Source of the DNA: Candidatus Dojkabacteria bacterium | GTDB taxonomy: Bacteria > Patescibacteriota > Dojkabacteria > JAOAGR01 | DNA length: 64,000 bases | Assembly: GCA_026415655.1 (NCBI GenBank) | Contig: JAOAGR010000004.1 | Coordinates: 134,773 to 198,772, forward strand | Direction: 5' to 3' | In this document: one piece after another, positions 52,715 to 63,130 of the stretch | How the letters are laid out: the number at the start of each line of letters is the position of its first letter | Position numbering within the stretch: the stretch's first letter is position 1 | Program-made: the position numbers and the translations under genes | The notes under the pieces: model-generated | Database searches by the model: none | What the model was told of the DNA's origin: nothing | Seen by the model: only the letters and a program-made list of their open reading frames with translations

Positions 52715-54970
52715 TCAATTGAAGATTTTTTTAACCCGATAACTTTTCATCATAAGTGTATTAGTTATCACACTAAATGACGAAAAAGACATTGCTATCG
52801 CGGCAAAATAAGGATTAAGTAAAATGCCAAAATTTGGGTAGAGTATACCAGCGGCTATGGGTATCAATATTATGTTATACGCAAATGCCCAAAACAGGTT
52901 TTGTTTGATTTTGTTAAATATCCAATTACTTATCAGCAAAGTTTTTATCACAGTTTTAAGATCGTTTTTTAGTATTATTATTTCTCCTGCATCTACAGCA
53001 ATATCTGTACCTGAAGAAAAAGCAATCCCCACATCTGCTTGTACTAGAGCTGGCGCGTCATTTGTACCATCACCGATCATCAAAACTTTGTGTCCCTCTT
53101 TTTGTAGTTTTTTTACTATATTTATTTTATCTATTGGTGAGACATCCGATATTACATTTTGAATGCCAAGTTGTTGGCCTACATTCTTTCCTACAAATTC
53201 GTTATCACCAGTCAGCATTATGATATTTTTCTTCATTTCTTGGATTATTTTTATGCATTCTTTTGCGTCAGGTTTGATAGTATCAGCAACAGTGATAAGA
53301 CCAATTATTTTCTTTTCTCTATCAGAATATGCTAATACAACAGTTTTTCCATTTTCTTCATGGTGTTTTATTATATTTTGGATCTGTTCGTCTGTGACCT
53401 GGCCGATAAATTCTTCAATCATCCTTTTAGATCCTATGATAAAACGATTGTTTTGTATGGTACCTTCTACACCCAGTCCAGTATGTTGGATAAAGTTTTC
53501 AACTTCTAAAATTTTTTCTTCCTTTTCTCTCGAATATTCATAAATTGCTTTGGCAATAGGATGTGTCGAGAATTTTTCAATGGAACCAGCAATTTTGATT
53601 AGTTCTTTTATTGGGTATTTTTCTTCTAAACTAATGAATTCAACAACTTTTGGTGTGCCTATAGTTAGAGTACCTGTTTTGTCAAAAATTATGGTATCTA
53701 TATCTTTTATGTTTTCTATTGCTAAAGTATTTTTAATAAGAATACCATTGGTAGCAGCAATAGAATTTCCCATCATAATAGCCATTGGGGTAGCTAGACC
53801 TAGAGCACAAGGACAAGCAATAATGAGTACAGAGACAAATATCATTAAAGCAAAATCAAAACTTTGTCCCAAAACCAACCATATTATTAGTAAAATTATT
53901 GCTATCGCTAGCACGATAAATGTAAAATAATACGATATTTGATCTACAAATTTCTGAATTTTTGGCTTTGAATTCATTGAATTTTGGACAATATTTGCTA
54001 TCTGTGATAGTACAGTGTCATTACCGACATTTGTGGCTTTTACTAAAATTTTTGATGATAAATTGATAGTTCCGCCAATAACGGTATCACCTTCTTTCTT
54101 ATCAACGGGAATACTTTCACCAGATAAAAACTTTTCATCAATAGAAGTTTTTCCTTCTACAATAATCCCATCTGTGGGGATTTTTTCTCCTGGCTTGACT
54201 AAAAATATATCACCAAGTTTAAGTTCTTTTGTTGATATATCATATTCATGATTATCTCTGATCACATGAGCAATATTTGGTTGAAGATCTAATAGTTTTT
54301 TTAAAGTATTGATGGTGTATTTCTTCATTCTTTCTTCTAGATATTTACCTATTGCAACAAGTGTTAGGATAATGGCTGTACTTTCAAAATAATAATGAGC
54401 CTCTTTTGTTTCATTATGGTATATATTCAACAAAAATAAAATGATACTATACAAATAAGCGGCAAGTGTTCCTAAAAAAATAAGAGAATTCATGTTTGGA
54501 TGAAGTCTTAAGAAGTTTTGGATTCCAGAAATCCAGATGTTGAAATTTAAAAGAATTATAATTGTCGACAATGCTAATTGGACAAGATTATTGTATTTCT
54601 CAAGAAAGTAGGGAATGCGTATACCAATCATAGGTCCCATGGCCAGATATAGTATTGGTATGATCATCAATACAGATAGAATTATCTTTATTATTTGAAT
54701 ATCAATTTTTTTGTCTTTTTGATTCGTTGTCTCATTTTCTAAGATTTTGTATCCAAGATCTTCAACATTCTTCTTAACTGTGCCAATGATTAGTTTAATA
54801 TTTTCAGTGTCTGAATTCTCAAATTCTAAAATTAGTGTTTCTTCGGCGAAATTAACTTGAGCTTGTTTAAGGCCTTGAACATTTTTTAGAGCAAATTCGA
54901 TATTTGCGGCACAAGATGCACAATGCATCCCTTGTATTTTGTATTTTTTTATAGCTATTTTTTCTTCCAT
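52715..54970 (-). CDS. copA: Copper-translocating P1B-type ATPase
   Basis: The N-terminal HMA domain has GMHCASCAANIE. The CPC motif is IIACPCALGLATP, the phosphorylation site is DKTGTLT, and the hinge is GDGTNDAPAL. Confidence 0.9.
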   Translation of the reverse strand: MEEKIAIKKYKIQGMHCASCAANIEFALKNVQGLKQAQVNFAEETLILEFENSDTENIKLIIGTVKKNVEDLGYKILENETTNQKDKKIDIQIIKIILSVLMIIPILYLAMGPMIGIRIPYFLEKYNNLVQLALSTIIILLNFNIWISGIQNFLRLHPNMNSLIFLGTLAAYLYSIILFLLNIYHNETKEAHYYFESTAIILTLVAIGKYLEERMKKYTINTLKKLLDLQPNIAHVIRDNHEYDISTKELKLGDIFLVKPGEKIPTDGIIVEGKTSIDEKFLSGESIPVDKKEGDTVIGGTINLSSKILVKATNVGNDTVLSQIANIVQNSMNSKPKIQKFVDQISYYFTFIVLAIAIILLIIWLVLGQSFDFALMIFVSVLIIACPCALGLATPMAIMMGNSIAATNGILIKNTLAIENIKDIDTIIFDKTGTLTIGTPKVVEFISLEEKYPIKELIKIAGSIEKFSTHPIAKAIYEYSREKEEKILEVENFIQHTGLGVEGTIQNNRFIIGSKRMIEEFIGQVTDEQIQNIIKHHEENGKTVVLAYSDREKKIIGLITVADTIKPDAKECIKIIQEMKKNIIMLTGDNEFVGKNVGQQLGIQNVISDVSPIDKINIVKKLQKEGHKVLMIGDGTNDAPALVQADVGIAFSSGTDIAVDAGEIIILKNDLKTVIKTLLISNWIFNKIKQNLFWAFAYNIILIPIAAGILYPNFGILLNPYFAAIAMSFSSFSVITNTLMMKSYRVKKIFN

Positions 54971-54979
54971 TTGTTGTTT

Positions 54980-55129
54980 TTATCGAGTATCTACATATAC
55001 ACTATTATTATCAGATGAAACATCTACAAACTTGATATTAGGTATTTCTAACAACTTTCTTTCTATCAGTATTTCGCATGAAGCAAAATGTATATTTTTA
55101 ACAAAATATATGTGATTATGTGTTTTCAT
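54980..55129 (-). CDS. Unannotated 49-aa ORF: a degenerate HMA/CopZ-like copper chaperone remnant
   Basis: Translation: MKTHNHIYFVKNIHFASCEILIERKLLEIPNIKFVDVSSDNNSVYVDTR. It sits between csoR and copA. Its start overlaps the csoR stop (ATGA). It has a ferredoxin-like pattern but a single Cys where MxCxxC would normally be. Confidence 0.35.
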   Translation of the reverse strand: MKTHNHIYFVKNIHFASCEILIERKLLEIPNIKFVDVSSDNNSVYVDTR

Positions 55130-55383
55130 GATTGCTTATTATAAAGACTTGTTACATTGATAATTTCTTGGATCATTTGATTGATTTTTTCTGTGTCATG
55201 GTGAGTTAGTGCTTCTTTGAAATAATGATCTATGTGGTGTTCCATCAGGTACCTATGTGCTGATTTGATAAGCTCTATTACTGCTAGATTTTGTTGCATG
55301 ATATCTATGCAATATTTATCATTCTCCACCATCCGCATTATGGTTTCTATCAATGATTTTGCTTTTTTAAGATTTAGTAGCAT
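55126..55383 (-). CDS. csoR: CsoR/RcnR-family metal-sensing transcriptional repressor
   Basis: KYCIDIMQQNLAVIELIKSAHRYLMEHHIDHY matches the Cys/His metal-ligand pattern of the DUF156 family. It is adjacent to copA. Confidence 0.6.
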   Translation of the reverse strand: MLLNLKKAKSLIETIMRMVENDKYCIDIMQQNLAVIELIKSAHRYLMEHHIDHYFKEALTHHDTEKINQMIQEIINVTSLYNKQS

Positions 55384-55531
55384 TTTTTGTTTATTTCTTT
55401 TTATACCTTACCTGTAGGTAGGGTATATTTTTTAGTTCATTTTGTCAATAAAAACGTTTATTTCTTTTAATATTAATTAATTTTCATACTGTTTTTGCAG
55501 ATATGTAATTTTTAAGTTATGATTCAAATTA

Positions 55532-58360
55532 ATGCAAAAAGTGTTTATTGATCAAATCAAGAATCTAGTACCTGATCTTAAATTAATCACGCATGACGCA
55601 AATTATGGGTGTTTAGGGGATCAAATAACTTACTCTAATTTTGGTGATGATATTGTTCTCGATGAAGAGGATTATTCTGGTTTTATCCATGACGCAATAC
55701 AATATGCAAGTCATCTAGGTGTTGAGCGGATAGTTGTTATTGGGATTTTTACACAGGACATTCATCAACAACTAGAAAAGGTAAGAGACAGATTTAATGT
55801 TGTAAAGGTGGATATATCTAGTTGTAAAATAGATTATACAGATCGAGATAACATTAAATTTTCTCGTTCAAGACTTAGTTATTTCCCTGAGTGTGAACTT
55901 TTGTACGAGTTGGTAGAATCTGAAGTCTCTACACTCTTTGTCGTCTTTGAGTCAATAGAAAATTTTTATTATCCTGGTCCATTTGTCAAATTATTAAGAA
56001 AACTCGTAAGCCAAAATAGTGCAAACCGCATACTTTTGTCTACAAATCTACGTGGTCAAGATTATAAAGATAAGTATAAATTTGATTATAGAGTCAGAGA
56101 GTGGAGAGAGTTAGAAATTGCTCATTATATGATTTCTATGGGTTTTACTATTGAAGATTTATTTATTGCCCAGAAAAATAATCAAAGAAGTATAGTTTGT
56201 CTAATACTACATGCACTGGATTATCAAGGTTTTCTAGAAAAATATTTTCTTGTTTCTGATACAGATTCTGTTTTAGTGACATCGTTCTTTGATGGAATTG
56301 ATGATGTAAATAAACAGGATATTTATTTTAGGCATATATCGGTTTCACTGAGAAATATTTATTCACTTTTTGATAAAAAACCAATAGTCGTCTATTTTCC
56401 CCGTTTGATAGAAATCAGTGAACAAAAGAAAGATTTGGAAAATAACTTTATAACACCTTGGAAATTTTATGATGATAAGCATATTGAAAATTTTCTAAAC
56501 TATGATCAAAGATCCGGTAGATTTTTGATATATCATTTGTTTTATCAGATATATCTATTTTTTGATATCAAATTTATTCATACTCATGATTATGATGGAA
56601 TGATATATCGTATTCAGGATGCAATAAACTCTCATATATTTCCGAAAGATATAAAAACTGTTATTTATACTTTTGCTATTAGAATACGCAAATCGCATTA
56701 TAATGAAACTATTTTGTCATATGAAGAAATATTTGATTTGGATTATGAAAAAGAAGTGTTAGAAAGGTCTGATTTAATTGTCGTGGAAAATAAAAGAATC
56801 ATTGATCTTTATAATGAGATTTTGGGAATAAAGTTTTCTGATCAGAAAATTGTTATCCGGCAATTTCCAATCCGTTGCCTCGAAAATTCTTCCTGCAAAC
56901 TAGAAAATGTCGTATATCATACAACACACAAATGTGATTTGCTTTTCATCGGTCAACCGGATCTGTATCATGGATTTGATAGATTTATCAACATTTTGGA
57001 GTATATTGCTAGTTCGGATGATGATAAGAATTTAGATCGTCTGAGTCATCGAATCAAGATTTATTTGATCAAACCATGTACAGATATGCCACAATATTAT
57101 CGTTCTAAATTAGATGATTTGTCTAATAAACTCGATATTCGAATATTTGAAATTTTCCCAGAAGAAATAGAAAAAATAATATCAGAAAATTCTTTTCAAA
57201 ACATAGCTGTTTTACCTTATTTAGATAATTTTTATATCTCAGGTTTAATCTCTGACATGGTCAAGCATGGATTGGCGTTTGTAACACACAAAGATCTTTT
57301 ACCGCATGACCTATATGAGAGATTAAAAAATTATTTATTTCTGTCCAAAGACAATGATTTAAGTGAATATATCGAATCCCTAAAAGAGCTGTTAGATGGT
57401 TATGATAAAATCTATGCTTATTTTGATCAATTAAATCAGACAATTCCTGATTATTCAAAGGAAATAGATGACTTATTTCTGAATTCCGTATTTAGCGCAT
57501 TGTCGAATGAATTTGAGGATAAACAAATAGTCTTAGACGAAGTTTTTCATCAGAAAGTCTCAGTAGTTATCTCAGTCTACAAAATAGAATTTAAATACAT
57601 AGAGGAGTTATGTCAAAGTATAAATTATCAATCGGTAAGGCCTTTTGAAGTAATTTTTGTTGATGATGGATCAGGTGAGGATTATCACGAAGAGCTAATT
57701 CAAATTGTTAGTAAATCGTTAAAATTACCATATAAAATTGTATATCAAGAAAATAAAGGACAAGCTGCAGCGGTAAATCACGGTATAAGGTTATCAAATG
57801 GTGATTTTGTACTTTGTGTGGATGCAGATGATGTACTGATCTATAATATATTGGAGAGATATTTGACTTTTTTGTTGAGCAATTCGGAATATCAAATAGT
57901 ACTTGGTTATCCAAGACATTTTGATGAATCAGAAAAATCTTATATATACGCCTCATATGCATATCCTCACTACTCTTTTTCTCATAGGGTTAGGCCGCTC
58001 TTGTTTATGTCTAATTCACTGGGAGGGTTTTATTTTATGTTTGATAAGAGAGCTCTTCGTGATTATTGTTTTTTAGATGAAACAGATAATTATAAATGGG
58101 CGGATTATGCTTTTCTTATCAAATTGACTTTGTTGGGTTTTAGGAGGGGCCTACTTAATGAACCTGTTTTAGGGTATCGTCAAAGGAAAAGTAGTCGAAG
58201 TAGGACAGTATCTTCATATACAGGTCAACTGCGTATAATCAGAAATTATTTTATTTTTTCTAGATTTGAATCTTATGCACTGATGTCTATGTTACTATAT
58301 TCCCAGAACGCAAAGTATACATTGCCTGAGTTGGGTAAAAAAATTACCGAATTAACTTAA
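55532..58360 (+). CDS. Large multidomain protein with a C-terminal GT2 glycosyltransferase domain
   Basis: VSVVISVYKIE...VIFVDDGSGEDY...GQAAAVNHGIRLSNGDFVLCVDADD is a GT2 signature with its DxD motif. Confidence 0.55.
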   Translation: MQKVFIDQIKNLVPDLKLITHDANYGCLGDQITYSNFGDDIVLDEEDYSGFIHDAIQYASHLGVERIVVIGIFTQDIHQQLEKVRDRFNVVKVDISSCKIDYTDRDNIKFSRSRLSYFPECELLYELVESEVSTLFVVFESIENFYYPGPFVKLLRKLVSQNSANRILLSTNLRGQDYKDKYKFDYRVREWRELEIAHYMISMGFTIEDLFIAQKNNQRSIVCLILHALDYQGFLEKYFLVSDTDSVLVTSFFDGIDDVNKQDIYFRHISVSLRNIYSLFDKKPIVVYFPRLIEISEQKKDLENNFITPWKFYDDKHIENFLNYDQRSGRFLIYHLFYQIYLFFDIKFIHTHDYDGMIYRIQDAINSHIFPKDIKTVIYTFAIRIRKSHYNETILSYEEIFDLDYEKEVLERSDLIVVENKRIIDLYNEILGIKFSDQKIVIRQFPIRCLENSSCKLENVVYHTTHKCDLLFIGQPDLYHGFDRFINILEYIASSDDDKNLDRLSHRIKIYLIKPCTDMPQYYRSKLDDLSNKLDIRIFEIFPEEIEKIISENSFQNIAVLPYLDNFYISGLISDMVKHGLAFVTHKDLLPHDLYERLKNYLFLSKDNDLSEYIESLKELLDGYDKIYAYFDQLNQTIPDYSKEIDDLFLNSVFSALSNEFEDKQIVLDEVFHQKVSVVISVYKIEFKYIEELCQSINYQSVRPFEVIFVDDGSGEDYHEELIQIVSKSLKLPYKIVYQENKGQAAAVNHGIRLSNGDFVLCVDADDVLIYNILERYLTFLLSNSEYQIVLGYPRHFDESEKSYIYASYAYPHYSFSHRVRPLLFMSNSLGGFYFMFDKRALRDYCFLDETDNYKWADYAFLIKLTLLGFRRGLLNEPVLGYRQRKSSRSRTVSSYTGQLRIIRNYFIFSRFESYALMSMLLYSQNAKYTLPELGKKITELT

Positions 58361-58414
58361 TCCTTAGAACTACAATTTAGGGAAAAACAAATATTATCTG
58401 ATCAAATAGAACAA

Positions 58415-58696
58415 TTGAAAGAAGATTTAAAGACTAAAGAACAAGAAGAATTAGATTTATTAAATCAAATACAGTTATTCAGAGATCGATCAGAACTACT
58501 AGAAAGAGATTTGGAATGTAAGAAGAAGGAAAATCTGGGCCTATTAAATCAAGTAGATAAACTAAATGAGCAAATAGAAAGTTTACAAGATGAACTTAGT
58601 GTCTTTAGTCAGAAATTGGAAATTGAGAAGTCCATCGTGTCCAGTTTGCAGGTACAGTTATCTGAAATAAGAAATAGGTATGTAATATCATTTTAA
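58415..58696 (+). CDS. Small coiled-coil protein
   Basis: Heptad-rich sequence with Leu/Glu/Lys/Gln. No other motif. Confidence 0.3.
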   Translation: MKEDLKTKEQEELDLLNQIQLFRDRSELLERDLECKKKENLGLLNQVDKLNEQIESLQDELSVFSQKLEIEKSIVSSLQVQLSEIRNRYVISF

Positions 58697-58748
58697 AAAA
58701 TCTGTATAAGATCTTAAAAAATATATCGAGTAGAAATAATTAACCATA

Positions 58749-58824
58749 TGGTGGACCTTAGGGGATTCGAACCCCTGACCTCATCGATGCGAATGATGCG
58801 CTCTACCAACTGAGCTAAAGGCCC
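58749..58824 (-). tRNA. tRNA-Ala (anticodon CGC)
   Basis: The reverse complement reads GGGCCTTTAGCTCAGTTGGTAGAGCGCATCATTCGCATCGATGAGGTCAGGGGTTCGAATCCCCTAAGGTCCACCA. G3:U70 is present and the anticodon loop is TTCGCAT. Confidence 0.8.
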
Positions 58825-58884
58825 ATAAGCAAAATATTTTAGCATACATTTAATTACAAAATGATTCTTGTATAATATCTAAAT

Positions 58885-59928
58885 ATGAATTTAGAAAAAG
58901 TGTTTGCTTCGATACTGTTTATAGGTTTAGTATTTTTATTGATACCTATCGTTTTTTATATTTCTCATAGGTTTTTTAGATCAAATATACAGATTCCTCA
59001 TCCAGAAGAGGCTAAAAAACATTTTAGAGGTGTCTTTTTACGTGTTTTGTTTTTAGTTTTGACATTACTAACGTATTTTTTTGTCAAGTATATAAATATA
59101 TTACCTGATTATTCGTTTTATGTTGATGCCTTTACTTTCATAGTGTCTGCGTTTTTGATAACTAATTTGATTGTTTATATTATTAAACTTTTTATACATT
59201 ACAATACTGCATTACAGGGAAATCCAAATAAGTATCCAGAACTACTTTTTAAGTTTATAGAAGTTGCGGGTTTGGTAATATTTTTGTTATTCGTACTTTG
59301 GTACTTTAGGATAGATCTAACACCATTTTTGGCAACAATTGGTGTTGGTGGTTTGATAGCAGGTTTTGCTTTACAACCAACACTTGTCAATTTTTTCGCC
59401 GGGTTTAATCTTCTTTCTGATAAGCCTATACAGATAGGTGATTTTGTAGAGTTACCTGATATAAATCTAATGGGAATAATCGAAGATATAGGATGGAGAT
59501 CTACTAGGATTCGTACTTTGCCAAACCAGATAATCGTTATTCCTAACTCTAAATTAATTGATTCCATAATTGTTAATGACTCTAAACCTGATCCCGAAGT
59601 TGCTGTGTTAGTTCAAATGGGTGTAGCGTACAATGCTGACTTGTATTATGTGGAAAAAGTAGTTTTAGAAGTTGCGTCGCAAGTGATGAAATCAATACCT
59701 GAGGGAGTTGATACCTTCGAACCTTTGGTAAGATTTCACACATTTGGAGAATCAAATATAAATTTTACTGTAGTTTTACGTGCTAGACAGTATACAGATA
59801 GGTTCGTTTTAATGCACGAATTTATAAAGGCAATTAAAAAAAGATTTGATGAGGAAGGAATAGAGATTTCAATACCAGCTCGTAAGTTATATATAGCTGA
59901 AAATCAGCATTTGAGTATTAAAAAATAA
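58885..59928 (+). CDS. mscS: Small-conductance mechanosensitive channel (MscS family)
   Basis: An N-terminal transmembrane region and the MscS signature GGLIAGFALQPTLVNFFAGFNLLSDKPIQIGDFVEL. Confidence 0.8.
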   Translation: MNLEKVFASILFIGLVFLLIPIVFYISHRFFRSNIQIPHPEEAKKHFRGVFLRVLFLVLTLLTYFFVKYINILPDYSFYVDAFTFIVSAFLITNLIVYIIKLFIHYNTALQGNPNKYPELLFKFIEVAGLVIFLLFVLWYFRIDLTPFLATIGVGGLIAGFALQPTLVNFFAGFNLLSDKPIQIGDFVELPDINLMGIIEDIGWRSTRIRTLPNQIIVIPNSKLIDSIIVNDSKPDPEVAVLVQMGVAYNADLYYVEKVVLEVASQVMKSIPEGVDTFEPLVRFHTFGESNINFTVVLRARQYTDRFVLMHEFIKAIKKRFDEEGIEISIPARKLYIAENQHLSIKK

Positions 59929-59940
59929 TGTTTTTGTACC

Positions 59941-60915
59941 ATGAAAAACTTGCTTATTATTGATACTTTTGGTCTTATTTTCAGAGCTTATTATGCATTG
60001 CCGCATCTTACATCCAGTGATGGTACGCCTACGGGTGCCGTTTATGGATTTCTACAAATGCTTTTAAGTGTTATACAAAAACATGATCCAGAATATATTG
60101 TTTGTAGTTTGGAATCGACAACACCTACCTTTAGACATGAACTGAATATTGATTACAAAGCCAATCGTAAGGAAACAGAGCCTGAATTGAAAATTCAAAT
60201 TGAAATTATCATTGATATTATAAATCAATTGAATATAAAAACTCTACAAAAAGATGGATTTGAGGCGGATGATGTTATAGGCACTTTTGCAAATAAAAAT
60301 CAGGATATTTTTGATCGTATTGATATATTGACTGGGGATAGAGATCTTCTACAGCTAGTAAATCAAAAAATCGTTGTAATGATGCCCGGTAGACCATTTA
60401 ATAACATCACTATATTTGATGAAAAAGTTTTTGAAGAAAAATTTGGTTTCTCCGTTGATAGATATGTTCTTTATAAAGCATTGGTTGGTGATAGTTCGGA
60501 TAATATCAAAGGTATTCCTGGTATAGGGTCAAAAACAGCTACGGAAATAGTAAAAAAATTTGAAGATATCAACTCTTTACTTGCAAATCTTGATGAACTA
60601 CCAATACGAATAGCACTCTCAATACAAGAAAATCAATCTACTTTAAGGCAATCTTTTGAACTTGCAAAGATCAGATTTGATGTTGATTTAGATTTGGATA
60701 TTGAATTTTGCAAATTATCTACCATGCGTGTCCATAAGTTGCGTGATTTTATAACGAAATTTGAGTTTAGATCTCTTGCTAATAAAATTAATAAATTTGT
60801 TGATTGGTTTGAGGCAAAATATTCATCCATTCTGTGGGAAGAAAGTACAGAAAAGTATAATCTTTTTTATAACATAACTTCGGATGTAGAATATGAAAAT
60901 TTAAATAATGTTTAA
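59941..60915 (+). CDS. 5'-3' exonuclease (FEN/Pol I N-terminal domain) as a stand-alone gene
   Basis: LLIIDTFGLIFRAYYAL...GDRDLLQL...HhH motif GIPGIGSKTATEIV. Confidence 0.8.
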   Translation: MKNLLIIDTFGLIFRAYYALPHLTSSDGTPTGAVYGFLQMLLSVIQKHDPEYIVCSLESTTPTFRHELNIDYKANRKETEPELKIQIEIIIDIINQLNIKTLQKDGFEADDVIGTFANKNQDIFDRIDILTGDRDLLQLVNQKIVVMMPGRPFNNITIFDEKVFEEKFGFSVDRYVLYKALVGDSSDNIKGIPGIGSKTATEIVKKFEDINSLLANLDELPIRIALSIQENQSTLRQSFELAKIRFDVDLDLDIEFCKLSTMRVHKLRDFITKFEFRSLANKINKFVDWFEAKYSSILWEESTEKYNLFYNITSDVEYENLNNV

Positions 60916-60996
60916 AAGGTTTGGGTCAAATTTTCCGTTTTGTTTGATTTTTTGTTCAATCAATAATTTAGATATAATTGAGTAAATATTTATCAA

Positions 60997-62529
60997 ATGT
61001 ATAAAAAAGCATATTATATAAAGACTAAAAAACATCTCTTAGGCAATGGTATTGATTTTGTTGAAGTAGATGACTTGTATAGATATGTAATTTTGAAGAA
61101 CATTCGTCAGATCATAGGCTTTGATCTAAAAGGATTGATTAAAGAATTAATTAGCTCTGGTATTGAGCGTATAGAAAATTTTGATTTTGTAGATTTAAAA
61201 TTGGCTTGGTATTTGATAGATTCATCACGCAAATTTAGTTCTATTAATGAACTTTGTGACTTTTTGAAAACTAGCCATTATTCAGAGTTGTTATCTAAAA
61301 CGCTTGATATCATCAAAAAAGAAGGATTAGAAAATTTATTTGATCTCGAGAAAAAAATTCAAAAGATTTTGGCTTTTATGGAATTAGAAGGAATATCTGT
61401 TGATTTTGAGTATCTATCCAGCATAGAAAAGAAGCTGAAAGATGAGATTGATTTGTTGAAAAAAGAAATGTTTGGTGTTATTGGTTTTGAGTTTAATCCT
61501 GCTTCTACCAAAGATTTACGTCACGTACTGTTTGATGTATTAAGATTAACACCGATAAAGAAACGAAAAACAGGTTATTCGACAGATGATGAGACTCTAA
61601 ATTTTTTGGAAAACCAATCTGATTTCGTAAAGTTATTGAAAAAATTCAGGAACTTGTCAAAATTACTTTCGACATATATCTTAGGACTAAAAGAATGGAT
61701 AGCAGATGATGGAAAAATTCATACGACATTCAGACAAGATGTCGTAGCTACTGGTAGGCTTTCTTCAATAAATCCAAATTTGCAGAATTTGCCATCTGAT
61801 GAGGAAAATGGTACAATGATTCGCAGGATTTTTGTAGCTGGGGAGGGGAGGTGTTTTGTTAGTTTTGATTATTCGCAGATAGATCTTAGAGTTTTAGCCC
61901 ACGAGTGTGAAGATCCCGAGATGATAAGATTCTTTGTAGAGGATCGAGATATTCATGAATCTACTGCTAGGTTGATTTTTGGTACCGATCAAATTACAAA
62001 TGAACAAAGAAAATTCGCTAAGGCTATTAATTTTGGCATAGTTTATGGAATGGAAGCTTATGGACTGTCTAAAACATTGGGAATTAGTGTAGAAGAAGCT
62101 TCTGAATTTATAAACTTATATTTCAAAAAATTTGCAAAAGTAAAGGATTATTTTGCTCGTATTGAAAATGAATTAGATAACTTTGGTTATGTTAAAACTT
62201 TTATGGGACGTAGGAGATATTTTAAGTCTTGGAAAACAGCATCCAAGTATGAGAAGAAAGCTCTTTTTCGCGAGGCTATAAATATGCCGATCCAAGGGGG
62301 ATCAGCAGATGTGATAAAAATGGCGATGGTAAAAGTATATGAGTATATAAAATCAAATAAACTTGATATAAAACTAGTTTTACAGATACACGATGAACTG
62401 GTCTTTATATTTCCAGAGAATTATGATGAGAAAATATTGAAAGATGTTAGTAATATAATGGAATCTTGTGTAAAGTTGAAAGTACCATTGAAGGTGAATT
62501 ATAAATCAGGTATATCGTTTAAGATTTGA
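60997..62529 (+). CDS. polA: DNA polymerase I polymerase domain (Klenow-like, with a vestigial 3'-5' exonuclease region)
   Basis: Motif A is FVSFDYSQIDLRVLAHE, motif B is RKFAKAINFGIVYGM, and motif C is LQIHDELVF. It has the same strand and frame as the upstream 5'-3' exonuclease gene, but two stop codons lie in the 81-nt gap. Confidence 0.85.
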   Translation: MYKKAYYIKTKKHLLGNGIDFVEVDDLYRYVILKNIRQIIGFDLKGLIKELISSGIERIENFDFVDLKLAWYLIDSSRKFSSINELCDFLKTSHYSELLSKTLDIIKKEGLENLFDLEKKIQKILAFMELEGISVDFEYLSSIEKKLKDEIDLLKKEMFGVIGFEFNPASTKDLRHVLFDVLRLTPIKKRKTGYSTDDETLNFLENQSDFVKLLKKFRNLSKLLSTYILGLKEWIADDGKIHTTFRQDVVATGRLSSINPNLQNLPSDEENGTMIRRIFVAGEGRCFVSFDYSQIDLRVLAHECEDPEMIRFFVEDRDIHESTARLIFGTDQITNEQRKFAKAINFGIVYGMEAYGLSKTLGISVEEASEFINLYFKKFAKVKDYFARIENELDNFGYVKTFMGRRRYFKSWKTASKYEKKALFREAINMPIQGGSADVIKMAMVKVYEYIKSNKLDIKLVLQIHDELVFIFPENYDEKILKDVSNIMESCVKLKVPLKVNYKSGISFKI

Positions 62530-62548
62530 TAAATAAATTTAAATAACT

Positions 62549-63130
62549 TTATTCTGATAACACACCTTCACAATCTATCTTTTTTTGTTCCACCCTAAAT
62601 TCAATTTTTTTCTTAGTCTTCTCAAACTTCACACCAGCCCATGGATAAGTGATCATCTGAATAGACATACAGTTTTTACCAGGACTATTTTCTACAATTT
62701 CTATTACTAATTTGTTCTCATACTCTTTTACATCAGTTATACTTAGCGAATATCCTCCTGATGGTTTGGGACCGGGAAAATAAAAAAACGCAGTTTGTTT
62801 TTCAAAATCTATAAAGGCACTACAATCAGGTAATTCCTTATCAAAGCATATTTTTTCATTCATCTCTTCCTGTGAATTAATAACAAATGATGTTAGAGAT
62901 TCGTATTGCCTCACATTGTAGATCTTATCATGCAGAGAAGTGTATGTGATCCTATTAAAAGGGCCACTTTCATTATTTATGAGTGTAGTTTTCTCTATGT
63001 TGGTTGTGGGAATGCGAGTAGCGGGTGTAAATGTATTTAGTACGGCTATCAATGTAAAGAAAATGAATATTGCAATTATTAGAGAATATAAATTTCTTTT
63101 TTCATTCAGAAAATTATAAAATCTGTCCAT
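62549..63130 (-). CDS. PrcB_C-domain lipoprotein-like protein
   Basis: An N-terminal transmembrane/signal segment and FPGPKPSGGYSLSITDV, which resembles the PrcB C-terminal domain signature. Confidence 0.4.
   Translation of the reverse strand: MDRFYNFLNEKRNLYSLIIAIFIFFTLIAVLNTFTPATRIPTTNIEKTTLINNESGPFNRITYTSLHDKIYNVRQYESLTSFVINSQEEMNEKICFDKELPDCSAFIDFEKQTAFFYFPGPKPSGGYSLSITDVKEYENKLVIEIVENSPGKNCMSIQMITYPWAGVKFEKTKKKIEFRVEQKKIDCEGVLSE

Noticed and set aside
52857-54251. Four plus-strand ORFs (52857-53162, 53163-53543, 53550-53930, 54015-54251)
   Set aside because: They are antisense to the well-supported copA P-type ATPase gene. They are low-complexity translations with no motifs.
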